DNA of 63,885 nucleotides, filler included, from Chiloscyllium plagiosum (lineage: Eukaryota): NCBI RefSeq assembly GCF_004010195.1. It is 6 parts of one record of this genome, joined end to end, with 100 filler letters (N's around TTAATTAATTAA, not from the genome) between each part and the next. Parts side by side here need not be neighbours in the genome. Positions count along the whole stretch, not along the records: positions 1 to 19,845 come from NC_057714.1; 5 more parts are not named here. The stretch is one strand, 5' to 3'. This document shows positions 1 through 12,700 of the stretch, one piece after another. The position numbers were made by a program, and so were the translations under genes. Under the pieces are notes generated by a model, which worked only from the letters and a program-made list of their open reading frames with translations, did no database searches and was not told the DNA's origin. Position 1 is the stretch's first letter. Every line of letters begins with the position of its first letter.

Positions 1-661
1 TCCATTAAAATATGTTTCAGCTCTGCGTATATACTGTATCCAGGATTACATTTTCCAATCTTTGCTGTCCTCTCCCACAGGGTCTCATCACTTCCCCATT
101 ACATTATCTGGTTAACTATTATTTAAACATAATTTTTGACAAAGTGACTGAGTCAAAAGGCTATTCATCAAAGGGGGCATCACACCTAGGTTCAACAGAT
201 ACCAGAAAGGACACTTCCTGTGGAATCCTAGCCCTTTTCTCCCCCTCTGTAGCACAAAGTTATTGAGGCCTGTTGTCATCCCTATGTCACCTCAGTGGCG
301 ATGAACTAACTTAGCAGAAACAAGGCGGTGAATTTGGGATCATCCTCGTTACAGAAGGGGATGTTTACGCAGTAAACTCAGCTGAGTAACAAGTATGGCA
401 AATTCCCACTTTTCAACCTCTTCCCAATGTTTGAGAATCAGTCTGATCACAGCATGATCTTGAAAAATGCCAATACTGGTGGCTTGACAATGTTTACAAA
501 TCTTTGGGCAAGGGCAGCAACAGTGTGAGAACACTCTGAAATCCTCATATGGCAGCTTTTTGTTGCTTATTGGGCAAATGGCATAAAAATCCGAATTTAG
601 TTCTGTGGGGCAGCCGGGGGGGGTAGGGGAGTTGTAGGCAGAGCAGGGCTGGGGGTGAAAT

Positions 662-756
662 AGCTGAAAATGTGTTGCTGGAAAAGCGCAGCAGGTCAGG
701 CAGCATCCAAGGAACAGGAGAATCGAAGTTTCGGGCATAAGCCATTCTTCAGGAAT
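662..756 (-). mobile_element. Penelope-like element terminal fragment with degenerate hammerhead core
   Basis: Reverse complement reads ATTCCTGAAGAATGGCTTATGCCCGAAACTTCGATTCTCCTG...CAACACATTTTCAGC, the same terminal sequence that follows PLE coding remnants elsewhere (25740-25908). Confidence 0.75.
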
Positions 757-975
757 CCTTACAGTGTGGAAACAGGCCCTTCGGCCCAACAAGTCCACAC
801 CGACCCGTCGAAGCGCAACCCACCCAGACCCATTCCCCTACATTTACCCCTTCACCTAACACTACGGTCAATTTAGCATGGCCAATTCACCTAACCTGCA
901 CATTTTGTTTGGATTGTGGGAGGAAACCGGAGCACCCAGAGGAAACCCACACAGACCATGGGGAGAATGTGCAAA
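757..975 (-). mobile_element. HE1-type shark SINE, 5'-truncated
   Basis: Matches the central and 3' parts of the full-length copy at 21018-21334. Confidence 0.85.
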
Positions 976-1046
976 GCTTTGCTTCCATCACATGGCCAGG
1001 CAAAAATCCCACCCACTCCCACCGCCCACCGTTGGCATGAATTGGT

Positions 1047-1632
1047 GCACATCCACCTCATCTGTTGTTCTGCATGTGGTCTCCTCAACATCGGGGAGAC
1101 AGGGCATTCCCTGGAGCATTTCAGGGAACATCTCTGGAACACACATCAACCAACCCCACCGCCCTGTGGTTCACCACTTCAACTGCCCCTCTCATGCCCC
1201 CAAGGACATACAAGTCCTGAGCCACCTCCACTGCTAAATCCAAGCAACCTGCCAACTGGAGGAAAACCGCCTCATCTTCCGCTTTGAGACCCTCCAACCA
1301 CACAGCATTAATATTGACTTCACCAGTTTCCAAATCTCCCCTCTCCCCACCTCATCCGAGATCCAACCCTCTGACTCGGCACTGCCCTCATGATCTGTCC
1401 TGCCTGTCCATCTTCCTTCCCAACTATCCACTGCAATCTCCCCACTGACCTATCACCATTACCCCCACCCCCACCTACCTCTTGCCTTCCCAACTACCTT
1501 CCCCCTAGCCCCACCCCACCCCCTATTTATCTCTCATCCCTCTTCTCCCTCCACATTCGTGATGAAGGGCTTATGCCCAGAATGTCGACTCTCCTGCTCC
1601 TCAGATGTTGCCTGACCGGCTGCTTTTCGGCT
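1047..1632 (+). mobile_element. Penelope-like retroelement 3' end (GIY-YIG endonuclease remnant)
   Basis: Encodes HLICCSACGLLNIGETGHSLEHFREHL and NQPHRPVVHHFNCPSH; followed by a C-rich tail and a degenerate hammerhead core at about 1559-1590. Confidence 0.85.
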
Positions 1633-1885
1633 GGTGTTATTAATACCCCTTGCTTGGCCACTGAGCCCCAAGATGGGACTTGAATCTAGAGCTTCTTACT
1701 CAGAGGCACAGACACTACCCACTGTGCTACGGGGATCTAATAACAAGACATCAGATTGTCAGAGAATAGTGTACCTCAGCTTCCAAGACACCAATACAGG
1801 AGTGGGATCGGGATCCTGTAATCACCGTGCTTTAGTCTGGGAGCCAATCACAGCCCGACTGAACATTCTCAATGTCTTCACCCAG

Positions 1886-2019
1886 GTGCCTACACGGCCA
1901 GTCAGGGTCTGGAGTGTGTTCGACAGACTGTGGCTAAATACATAGAGACTCGAGATGGAGGAATCCCTGCTGATCCGAACAACATCTTCCTCTCGACTGG
2001 AGCCAGCGACGCCATCGTG
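1886..2019 (+). CDS. GPT: Alanine aminotransferase internal exon (134 bp, phase 1->0)
   Basis: cccag|GT acceptor, GTG|gtgagt donor; encodes [45 protein letters not shown], a recognisable ALT segment. Confidence 0.96.
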
Positions 2020-3039
2020 GTGAGTACAGCGTCGTTAACATCTCCTGATGATCTTCACAGGCTGATAGAAATACCTCGGGAAGGTAGCTCCTCCTGTAAT
2101 GTAGGGAACACAATCGGGAATGTAATCGTGACCAGATGGTCTATATCTATAGGCACTCTCTCCTTCAATACTGTGTACCTACTCTCTGAGCAGATGGCAC
2201 CTCAGATTGCCCGGTAGCCCTCCCACTCAGTGTCACCCCCAAAGCCCCCACCACCCCTCACCTTGGTACCCAGAGGAAGAGTTGCTCTAGGTCATTGATT
2301 TGAATATCTGAAGCTCTGACTCTCTGGGGGAGTAACACCATGTCCCCACAGAGTATAATGGGGAAGGAGGAGGGGAATAAGCTGTCAATGGGAAGTGGTT
2401 ATTTTTGGGGGCAGTGTTGAGTTGGAGAGGGTTAACACACAGCAAGGCACTGGGGAGAATGGTATCTGTTTGCAGAGTCATTGTATGACATCCAGAATGT
2501 TTTATGTTTTCAACATTTCCTCCTCTGATGGACTTTGCATACAATCTGCTGCAGTGAGAAAGCTGCAAGATTGAATGAAGGGCTGGGCCTGAGCTGGTTG
2601 TGTCAGTAATTGTGTCCACGTCTTGCCTCGAACAAGTTACACAGTCCTCCCTTGAAAGTTTTCAGTACTTCCCGGGCGGTTTGCCAGTAAGGAATTGATC
2701 GTCTAAAATCCCACTACTGTAAACTGCACCAAAGCATGTCTGCTCCTGTGGTGACATTCAGCAGGGTGTCACACCTTGACAACTGCTGACATGCGGTGAG
2801 TACTGCTGGGGCTGTGAATATTGCTGACCCTGCTACTGTAGTGAGTATAGTTAACAGTTGACAAACTTGGAGAGGTGCTGCAGTGCTATGGTCACTGGGC
2901 CAGTAATCCAGAATTCTGGGGTATTAAAGCAGGAAATGCTGGAGAAACTCAGCAGGCCTGCAGCATCGTTTGGTAGAGAAATAGAGTTAATTCTCAATTC
3001 TTGTTCAGAAATACACCGGGGATATGGGTTTGGATCCTC

Positions 3040-3535
3040 CCGTGACAGATGGTGAAATTTGAACAAAGCCCGAAATTCAAAAGCTACCCCAATGGTGATT
3101 ATTGGCAACCAGCTGCAGGAGGACATGCCAGGAGCAGCACCAGGGAGACCTGGAGATGAGGTGTCAGCCTGGAGAAGATACCAAACAGGATTATTTACAT
3201 GTCAAACAGCATAAGCAGCAAGAGATAGACAGAGTTAAACAATCCCACAAACAATGGATCAGATCTAATCTCTGCAGTCCTTCCACATCCAGCCGTGAAT
3301 GGTGATGGACAATTAACCAACTCACTGAAGAAGGAGGCTCCCCATCCTCAATGATGGAAGAGCCCAGCACATCAGGGCAAAAGTCAAGGCTGAAGTTTTC
3401 ACAGCAATCTTCAGTCAGAAGTGTCGAGTGGATGATCCATCTTGGCCTCCTCCAGTGATCCCAGCGTCACAGATACCAGTCTCCAGCCAATTCGATTCAC
3501 TCCATGTGATATTAAGAGACAGTTGGAGACACTGG
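3040..3535 (+). mobile_element. Decayed non-LTR retrotransposon fragment (same family as 37840-43218)
   Basis: Its 3' part (GATGATCCATCT...GGAGACACTGGAT) is colinear with 37870-37980. Confidence 0.7.
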
Positions 3536-3835
3536 ATTTGTTTTATTCACTGATGGGTTTTGGACATCACTGGCTGGCCAACATCTGTTGACCCTCCCTC
3601 ATTGCCCCCTTGAGAAGGTGGGGGTGAGCTTTCTTCTTGAACCGCTGCAGTCCATGTGCTGTGGGTTGACCCACAATGCCCTGAGGGAGGTAATTCCAGG
3701 ATTCTGACCCAGCAACAGTGAAGGAACGGTGACAAATGGGAATCCAATCCCATCACCGGTTGAGCCATAGCAAATGTGCAACAATCTTGTTCACTCACCA
3801 AGAATGATCAGCGTATATCTCTTATAGAAGAGTGT

Positions 3836-4385
3836 GTCAGCAAGTTTTGAGAAGATTTGTAGCTCAGGTTAATGATAAGTATGTAAGCTAGCTCGCTGAG
3901 CTGGAAGGTTTGTTTTCAGATGTTTCGTCACCATGACAAGGTAACATCATCAGTGAGAGTCTCCGGTGAAGAGAAGGGACTGTGACCAGGTTTCTCAATA
4001 GATTCTAAACTAACAAGGTATTTACAGCAAACATATTCTTCAAACCAGTGGTGAACCAGTCATCAATAAAGCTTCAATGTCAATTCAACCAATTCCCCCT
4101 TAAGTTGTACGTTTGCTTGCTGAGCTGGTAGATTTGTTCTCTGATGTTCTGTCACTGTACTAGGGAACATTATCGGTGAGCCTCTGGTGAAGTGCTGGTA
4201 TTCTGTACCACTTTCTGTTTATGTATCTTGGTCTGTTATGGTGGGTGGTATCACTTCCGGTTCTTTTTCTCAGAGGATGGTAAATGGGGTCCAAATTGAT
4301 GTGTTTATTGATGGAGTTTGGGTTTGAATTTTCGAGGAATTCCTGTGCATGTCTCTGTTTAGCCTGTCCCAGGATGGATGTGTTC
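3836..4385 (-). mobile_element. Penelope-like element, second family, duplicated terminal fragments
   Basis: ORF 4160-4399 has SILGQAKQRHAQEFLE..NSINKHINLDPIY (C-terminal GIY-YIG region); terminal segment appears at about 3880-3970 and 4105-4195. Confidence 0.7.
3916..3956 (-). ncRNA. Minimal type I hammerhead ribozyme motif
   Basis: Reverse complement: TCA-CTGATGA-T-GTTACC-ttgtcat-GGTGAC-GAAA-CATC-TGA; core boxes, paired helix II and a 3-bp helix I. Confidence 0.6.
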
Positions 4386-4489
4386 CATGATGAGCTCAAT
4401 GGTACATTCCCCCCTCCCCAATGAGTTCAATGGTACATCCCTCCCCAATGAGACCATTCCATTCTGTGCTCACTTTGAACAGAAGCTCA

Positions 4490-6070
4490 GTGAAATGATG
4501 TCACCTGCCCCAATAGCCCCAGGTGCCCTGGACCCACAGTCAGATCAGCCTTCCTGAGGGTGAACCCACAGAGAGGGACAGGCCCAGATGGAGACCCTGG
4601 CCGTACACTCAGGTCCTGCATGGACCAGCCGGTGGGAGTATTCACTGACATCTTTAACCTCTTCTTCCTCTGATCTGACATTCCCACCTGCCTCAAGGGA
4701 ATGACCATCATCCCAGTGCCAAAGAAAAAAACATGCAACGTGCCTGGTGGTTCTCACCTCCATCATTATGTGACTATGAAGTGCTTTGAGAGTTTGGTCA
4801 TGGCTCACATCATCTCCAGCCTCCCAACCTGCGTTGATCCTTTGCAATTCACTTACCGTTGCAACAGGTCCACAGCAGATGCCATCTCCCTGACCCTATA
4901 CTCATATCTGGACAACAAGGACACCTACATCATGCTCCTGTTTAGTGACTACAGCTCCACCTTCAAAACCATCATTCCAAACAAACTCATCCCCAAACTG
5001 AGACCTCGGTCTCAGCTCCCCCCTTCTGGAAATGGATCCTGACCCATAGTCCGCCATCAGTGAGGATAGGGGACAACACCTCCTCCATGGTAATCCTCAA
5101 CAGCGGTGCCCCAGAGAGTATGTACTCAGCCCCCTGCTATACACCTGATGCACACATAACCACGTGGTCAAATCCCACACCGACTCCATTTACAAGCTTG
5201 CTGACGATGCTACTGCCGTGGGTCAGATCAGAAACACCAATGACACGGAGTACAGGGAGGAGGTGGAGTGATTAGCAGCATCGTGTAAAGATAAAAACTC
5301 TCCCCATCAATGTCAGCAAAAGGAAGGAGCTGGTCACTGAGTTCAGGAAGTGGAGTAGAGGGCACGTCCCTGTCTGGATCAATGGGGCTGAGGTGGAGAT
5401 GGTCGTGAGTATCAAGTTCCTGGGAGTGACCATCACCAACAGCCTGCCCTGGCCCACCCTCTTAGCCTGCTTGGCACACTCTCCTCATTCCTGAAGAAGG
5501 GTTCATGCCCAAAATGTCGATTCTCCTGCTCCTTGGATGCTGCCTGACCTGCTGTGCTTTTCCAGCAACACATTTTCAGCACCACCCACATTTGATACTA
5601 TTGTCAAGAAAGCACAACACCTCTACTCCCTTAGGAGGCTGAGGAAATTCGACATTTCCACAGGGGCTCTGACCCCTTTTTAACAGATGCACCATAGAAA
5701 GGATCCATACCAGATGAATCACAGAACGGTATGGCAACTTCCCAAGACCACGACAAACCAGAGAGGTGTGAACCCAGCCCAGTCCATCAGGATAACCAGC
5801 TTTCCATCCGTTGCCTCAGCCTATACTTCCCACTGCCGAGGGAAAGCAGCCATCATCATAGACCCTCCCACCCCGGTTATAATCTCTTCCGTCAGGCAGC
5901 ACATGCAAACATTTGAATACACATACGAATAGATTCAAGAACAGCATTTTTTGTGCTGTTATCAGACTTTTGATTGGACATCTCAAATATTACTTCTGAT
6001 CTCTCTCTGCACGTCCTCTGTGGCCGTAACAATGTATTCTGCACTCTGCTCTGTTACCCTGATAGACTTT
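4490..6070 (+). mobile_element. Rex1/Babar-type LINE RT remnant, interrupted by a Penelope terminal fragment at about 5460-5580
   Basis: [51 protein letters not shown] and a LADD motif; frameshifted. Confidence 0.85.
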
Positions 6071-6904
6071 GTAGATTCCAGTGTGTACTTCCCTCCCGGG
6101 TAACTGTTATTCTGAATATAAACCACACTGAAGCCTTCAGTTAGTTGCCAGTCCAATCACTCCTGTGGTTCAAGTCCTATTGTTTAGTGTCACATTGGGA
6201 ACACTTGATTTTCTTTGTTCTCGGTTTGTTATTTGACTGAAATTAATTGCATTGTGAGAAAACATCATATTTTGTGCAGATGTGCTCCAGACACATTGTG
6301 TAGCTCCCAATGAATTAGTGATGCTGTGTTGTGAAAGAGTTAACTCCATCTGGGCCAAGCTGCAGATACGTGGGAAGCTCAGGTGTTCCTGCGAGCTTCC
6401 CGGAGTTGGTCAGAATCTGCCAAGGCCATGAAAACACAGGAATCATTGTTCATATGTTGGCAGCAAGACTCAACTACTGTCAACTGAGATGTGACTGCAT
6501 TCAAACAATGATAGTACTGTCCTCTCTCTCTCTGTCTCCCTTCTCTTTTAATGCACTCACTCTTTCTGTACATCACACTGTCTGTCTGCTCTCCCTCTCC
6601 CTCTCGATCTGCAGTGAAACATCTAAACAATCACATCAAACCTCTGCAGTCCTGGGAATGGTGATGGACAATGAAACAATTCACTGGAGGAGGAGTCTCC
6701 ACAAATATCCCCATCCTTAATGATGGAAGAGGCCAGCACATCAGTGCAAAAGAGAAGGGTGAAGTATTCTCAACAATCCTTCCACCAGAGTTGTCCATAT
6801 GGAACAACAAGAGAAATTGCTGGAAAAGCTCAGCAAGTCTGGCAGCATCTGTTAAGAGAAATCAAAGTTAAAGTTTCCAGTCCAGTGACCCTTCCTCAGA
6901 ACTG

Positions 6905-7642
6905 TCAGTCAGTGCTGAGGGAGCGCTGCACTGTCGGAGGGTCAGTGCTGAGGGAGTGCCGCACCTGTCGGAGGGTCAGTGCTGAGGGAGTGCCACACTG
7001 CCGGAGGGTCAGTGCTGAGGGAACGCCACACTGTCGGAGGGGGAGTGCTGAGGGAACGCCACACTGTCGGAGGGTCAGTGCTGAGGGAGTGGGCACTGTC
7101 AGAGGGTCAGTGCTGAGGGGAGTGCCACACTGTTCGTAGGGTCAGTGCTGAGGGAGTGCCGCACTGTCGGAGGGTCAGTGCTGAGGGAGTAGGCACTGTC
7201 GGAGGGTCAGTGCTGAGGGAACGCCACACTGTCGGAGGGTCAGTGCTGAGGGAGTGGGCACTGTCGGAGGGTCAGTGCTAAGGCGAGTGCCACAGTGTCG
7301 GAGGGTCAGTGCTGAGGAGGTGCAGCACTGTCGGAGGGTCAATGCTGAGGGAGTGGGCACTGTCGGAGGGTCAGTGCTGAGGGAGTGCCACACTGTCGGA
7401 GGGTCAGTGCTGAGGGAGTGCCGCACTGTCGGAGGGTCAGTGCTGAGGGGAGTGCCACACTGTCGGAGGGTCAGTGCTGAGGCGAGTGCCACACTGTCGG
7501 AGGGTCAGTGCTGAGGGGAGTGCCACACTGTCAGATGGTCAGTGCTGAGGGAACGCCGCACTGTCGGAGGGTCAGTGCTGAGGGAGTAGGCACTGTCGGA
7601 GGGTCAGTGCTGAGGGGAATGCCGCACTATTGGAGGGTCAGT
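6905..7642. repeat. GC-rich minisatellite, unit about 32-34 bp (CACTGTCGGAGGGTCAGTGCTGAGGGAGTGCCA), about 22 copies
   Basis: Directly visible tandem array; variation is confined to a short segment of each unit. Confidence 0.97.
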
Positions 7643-8589
7643 ATTACAGGTAATCAAAGTGGGGCCTTTATTCCTATATTTCCTCTATTTTTGGTATCTA
7701 CCAGCTTTGGAGTTACTGACTCCTGCACCTGTTTCTTATAATCTGTGAAAAACCAGCTGTGCCACTTACATGTCATTTCCTTTCCCTTGCAAACTGCACA
7801 AGGAACTATCTCTTCCTTAAGTCTCTGCTTTCCGCTCCATAACCCTGCATTGGGAAAAGCAGCTTTAACCCTTTAATTGTCTTGTTCACAGTGTCATCTT
7901 CCCACAGAGTTGAGTAAAATTCTGAGGGCCTTCTGCACTGAGCTGCTTTGGAGTAAGATTGGTGTGAGACTACGATTTTTCTCAGGAGGAAGTGTAGCTC
8001 TCCTCTGGCCATTGCAGCTTTATTATAGTTTTCAGTTTATTATAGTTTCACAATTCCATTCTTCCTCTCTCCTTTTAGATGTTGGTGAAGATTTCATCAC
8101 AAAGCAAAACTGGGAATTAAATCTGAATCATCAGCCTCTGTTCCTGCCAAAAGTTTACGTCAACAGTCCAGTTTTATACTTCCTTTCTCGGTTTTTCATT
8201 CCAGTCTCTCTCTCTTTTTGAAATTCATGTTTTTACTTTCTTTCCCTTGTTCTATCTTCTGCTTTTTTTCTCTCTAATCCCCTGCAGCTTGAAGTTTTTC
8301 TTTCCCTTGCACTTTAGACTACAAGTTCAAATTTCGCCTCTTACTCTCTCTCTTTCTGTTACATTTTTAAAATATTGTTTCTCCATTTCCAGCTGTTTTG
8401 TTTGCAGCTAAATTGCAGTTAATTCAGTCTGAGTGTTATTATCATCATCATGGTTTGCCTCCCTCGTGTTTTAGGTATTGAGGGATTGCTCCAATGCTGT
8501 CTGCCTTATTTTTGGTTTTATTCCAAGTTCCTCTGCCACCCATTTCTATCTAATCCCAGTCAACTGCAAGACATGTGCACACAGGTCCT

Positions 8590-9105
8590 GTCTCCCTGTC
8601 TCCCCATATCGAGCCCCACCCCCCCCCGTCTCGCCCTCTCTGTCTCTGTCTCGCTCCCCATCTCGCCCTCTGTCTTCCCATCTCAGCCCTGTCTCGCCCC
8701 TCCCCGTCTCCCTATCTCACCCTCTGTCTCTCTGTCTGTCTGTCTGTCTCTCACTGTCTCCCCGTCTCGCCCTCTGTCTCCCCGTCTCGCCCTCTGTCTC
8801 CCNNNNNNNNNNNNNNNNNNNNNNNNNNNNNNNNNNNNNNNNNNNNNNNNNNNNNNNNNNNNNNNNNNNNNNNNNNNNNNNNNNNNNNNNNNNNNNNNNN
8901 NNNNNNNNNNNNNNNNNNNNNNNNNNNNNNNNNNNNNNNNNNNNNNNNNNNNNNNNNNNNNNNNNNNNNNNNNNNNNNNNNNNNNNNNNNNNNNNNNNNN
9001 NNNNNNNNNNNNNNNNNNNNNNNNNNNNNNNNNNNNNNNNNNNNNNNNNNNNNNNNNNNNNNNNNNNNNNNNNNNNNNNNNNNTCTTTTCTATATCTCTC
9101 TCTCA

Positions 9106-9153
<48 letters not shown>

Positions 9154-9334
9154 GTCTCACTGTCTCACTACCTCTCTCTCTCACTGTCTCCCCGTCTCGC
9201 CCTCTGTCTCCCCATCTCCCCCTCTGTCTCCCCGTGTCCCTATCTCGCCCTCTGTCTGTCTCTCTCTCTCTATCTCTCTCTCCTCTCTCTCACTGTCTCC
9301 CCATCTCGCCCTCTGTCTCCCTGTCTGATGTGCA

Positions 9335-9370
<36 letters not shown>

Positions 9371-9380
9371 GTCTATCTGT
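8590..9380. repeat. Complex CT-rich microsatellite spanning an N gap (8803-9083)
   Basis: (CT)n with CTCGCCCTCTGTCTCCCC subunits. Confidence 0.95.
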
Positions 9381-10101
9381 TAGAGGTTGAATAGTTGTGA
9401 ATTTTCTATTTCAATTTTGGCAAATTCCATTGTACTGGTTCCCTGTCACTGGATTTATATCCTGCAGGAATTCCCAATTTGTCATTGTACTTTTGGAGAT
9501 TGATGTGTTGTAAAAGGAGGTGAATTCCTCCATGCCTGGTGCAAACAATGAAGAAGGCAAGCTAATCCAGTTTGAAGACTGGCTGCAGTAAACACACACC
9601 AGCATTGACCAAGCATTATTTTGTGGGCACCTCAAACACAAAGCCACTGGAACACTGCTTCCCCTAAAGCTTACAGCGCGGAAACCACACGTGTATATAC
9701 TGCACACATTCTTCATGGATCACTCATCTTCTGTTTCGGATGGAAGAACATTGGAACAGTAGGCCATTCAGTCCCTCGAGCCTAATGAAATGCACAGCCT
9801 GGGAAGGTTGTGGAAGCTGGAAGTCTTACAACTTTGAAAATAAATTTTGGATGAGCTTCAAATATCGTAACATTCAAGGAAATGGATCAACTACAGGGAA
9901 TTGGGATTAGTGCATTTTTAATGGTGGTTACGTTGGTGCAGACTGGAGGGGTCACAGAGCCTCTGTATGAATCTATTCATCCACCGTTCACTGAGATCAT
10001 GATTGACAAAGTTTCTCCCAGATATCACATGATCACTGTCCTGGTCAGAGTGAATCTTAGCGTCTTAAACAAATTGCCTTTATTTAACCTCCTGAGCGTA
10101 A

Positions 10102-10520
10102 TCATAGCTCCTTGAAAGTGTAGTCGCAGATAGATAGGATAGTGAAGAAGGCGTTTGGTATGCTTTCCTTTATTGGTCAGAGTATTGAGTACAGGAGTTG
10201 GGAGGTCATGTTGCGGCTGTACAGGACATTGGTTAGGCCACTGTTGGAATATTGCGTGCAATTCTGGCCTCCTTCCTATCGGAAAGATGTTGAGAGGGAG
10301 AGGCTGTGAACAGGCTGGGGCTGTTTTCCCTGGAGTGTCGGAGGCTGAGGGGTGACCTTATGGAGGTTTACAAAATTATGAGGGACATGGATAGGATAAA
10401 TCTTTTCCCTGGGGTGGGGGAGTCCAGAACTAGAGGGCATAGGTTTAGGGTGAGAGGGGAAAGATATAAAAGAGACTAAGGGGCACCATTTTCACACAGA
10501 GGGTGGTGTGTGTACGGGAA
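10102..10520 (+). mobile_element. CR1 LINE 3' fragment, internally deleted
   Basis: Encodes DRIVKKAFGMLSFIGQSIEYRSWEV; near-identical to 12369-12480 in opposite orientation. Confidence 0.9.
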
Positions 10521-10634
10521 CATTACATGGGCTTGTCCCCAGGCAGATCCCAAACCCTCTTTCAGAGTATTCCATTCCTCCTTAAATCAACTACCTTTGA
10601 AAGCCCAGCATTTGTAACATTTCTCTCTTCACAG

Positions 10635-10878
10635 ACCACTCTGAAACTCCTGGTATCTGGCGAGGGGCGATCAAGGACTGGAATAATGATCCCCATCCCA
10701 CAGTACCCGCTCTATTCAGCAGCGATTGCAGAGCTGAATGGAGTCCAGGTCAATTACTACCTCGATGAGGAGAACTGCTGGGCACTGAACATCGATGAGC
10801 TCCGAAGGGCACTCAATGAAGCCAGGAGCTACTGCACCCCAAAAGTACTTTGTGCTATTAACCCTGGGAACCCCACAG
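10635..10878 (+). CDS. GPT: Alanine aminotransferase internal exon (244 bp, phase 0->1)
   Basis: ttcacag|ACC acceptor, ACAG|gtaaat donor; [51 protein letters not shown]...INPGNPTG (class I aminotransferase NPGNPTG motif). Confidence 0.97.
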
Positions 10879-11518
10879 GTAAATAAAGGCACAGCCAGGC
10901 AGGATGGGTGGGGCGAGTTAGGGATAGTCAGCAAGTGGTCATTCCTGTTGCTGTCATTGGGATGTGGGTTGGTCAGGGCACGATCTCCTCATTTGGCTGG
11001 AATCTGGATCAAGGTCTCTCTTGAAGACTACAAGGAGCAGAGGTAGGTTATTCAGCACATAAAGTCTGTTCTGCCCTTCAGGGCTGATCTGATAGCCCTC
11101 AACCCAACTTCCCTGCGTTTTCCCCCGTAACCCTCAGTCCACTTCCTGATGAAAACTCTGTCTGTCTCAGCCTGAAACATACTGAAGGACCCAGCCTCGA
11201 CAGCCCTCTGTGGTAAACAATTCCCCAGCTTCAATGGGGACAGAAAATTCAGGTCAGGGGTTGGGGTGGAGTTCAGGGTCAAGGGGGTTCATCTCATGGG
11301 GTGGGTTTGGGTTGAGAAAGAGGAGGAGGGATTTGGGGTTCAAGTTGGGGAGAGGTTTAGAGGTGGGGCTTCAGGCACAGGGAGGGATGTTGGGTCAGTG
11401 AAGGGGTCGGGGGGGGAAATGGGGGGAGGGGATTCCTCCTCACTCTCCTCGTCCTCCTCCTCCCCACCTACTCCTCCACCTCCTGTTAACTCATCCATTC
11501 TTTGTTCTTTTCCTATAG

Positions 11519-11598
11519 GCCAGGTCCAGAGCCGGCAGGTTATCGAAGATGTGATTCGATTCGCTGCTGAAGAGGGTCTTTTCCTGATGGCAGACGAG
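11519..11598 (+). CDS. GPT: Alanine aminotransferase internal exon (80 bp, phase 1->0)
   Basis: tcctatag|GC acceptor, GAG|gtaatt donor; GQVQSRQVIEDVIRFAAEEGLFLMADE. Confidence 0.96.
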
Positions 11599-12038
11599 GT
11601 AATTTCCTGCAAGTCGCTGCTATTGGGCAACTCTGCTCAGTGAATGGCCATTTACTAGCCCCTGGAGCTCTGGGAATTCTGGGTGGAGTGAATGGCCATA
11701 TACTAGCCCCTGGATCTTTGGGAATTCTGGGTTTGTTCTTGAGAAGCTGCTGGAGAGGGTTCGGTGATGAGTTAGGCTTCTCCACCCCTGACTAACACTG
11801 AGCCTAGTAACCTTGACCATCCCAGGAGCTCCAGCTTGTCCAACTTCACCTTGTAATGAAAGCTGGGGGATTTTTAATGACTATTACCAAGAGGGGATTA
11901 GCATGAACACTACTGATTGAGTTGGTCAGGTCCTAAAAGACATAGCTGCTTGACTGTGGCAGGTGGTGAGGGAACCAACAAGTGGCAAAAACATACTTAG
12001 TCTCATCCTTACCAGGCTGCCAGCTGCAGGTACATCTG

Positions 12039-12700
12039 TCATAGAGTCATAGAGATGTACAGCACGGAAGCAGACCCTTCGGTCCAACTCCTCCATGCTG
12101 ACCCAGATATCCTAACCTAATCTAGTCGCATTTGCCAGCACTTGGCCCATATCCCTTCAAACCTTTCCTATTCATATACCCATCCAGGTGCCTTTTAAAT
12201 GTTGCAATTGTACCAGCCTCCACCACATCCTCTGGCAGCTCATTCCATACACGTACCACCCTCTGCATGAAAAGGTTGCCCCGTAGGTCTCTTTTATATC
12301 TTTCCCCTCTCACCCTAAACCTATGCCCTCTAGTTCTGGAGTCCCCGACCTCAGGGAAAAGACTTTGTCAACATGACCTCCCAACTCCTGTACTCAATAC
12401 TCTGACCAATAAAGGAAAGCATACCAAACGCCTTCTTCACTATCCTATCTACCTGCGACTCCACTTTCAAGGAGCTATGAACCTGCACTCCAAGTTCTCT
12501 TTGTTCAGCAACACTCACCAAGACTTTATCATTAAGTGTATGGGTCCTGCCCTGATTTGCCTTTCCAAAATGCATTACCTCACATTTATCTAAATTAAAC
12601 TCCATCTGACACTCTGCGGCCCATTTGCCCATCTGACCAAGGTCCCATTGCAACCACCTTCGTTGTCCACTACACTATCAATTTTGGAGTCATCTGCAAA
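12039..12700 (-). mobile_element. CR1 LINE 3' end, internally deleted
   Basis: QMEFNLDKCEVMHFG and QRVVRVWNELP motifs; (ACTCTATG)n-type tail at about 12040. Confidence 0.9.

Noticed and set aside
12..660. Short ORFs or an upstream GPT exon
   Set aside because: No ALT-like peptide or convincing splice pair found.
6905..7642. CRISPR-like array and the repetitive ORFs across it
   Set aside because: Units are contiguous with no unique spacers, the context is eukaryotic, and the ORFs are by-products of a stop-poor repeat.
8450..9390. Long ORFs (270-300 aa); likewise 25122-25656 and 56657-57754
   Set aside because: They run through N gaps and CT microsatellite.
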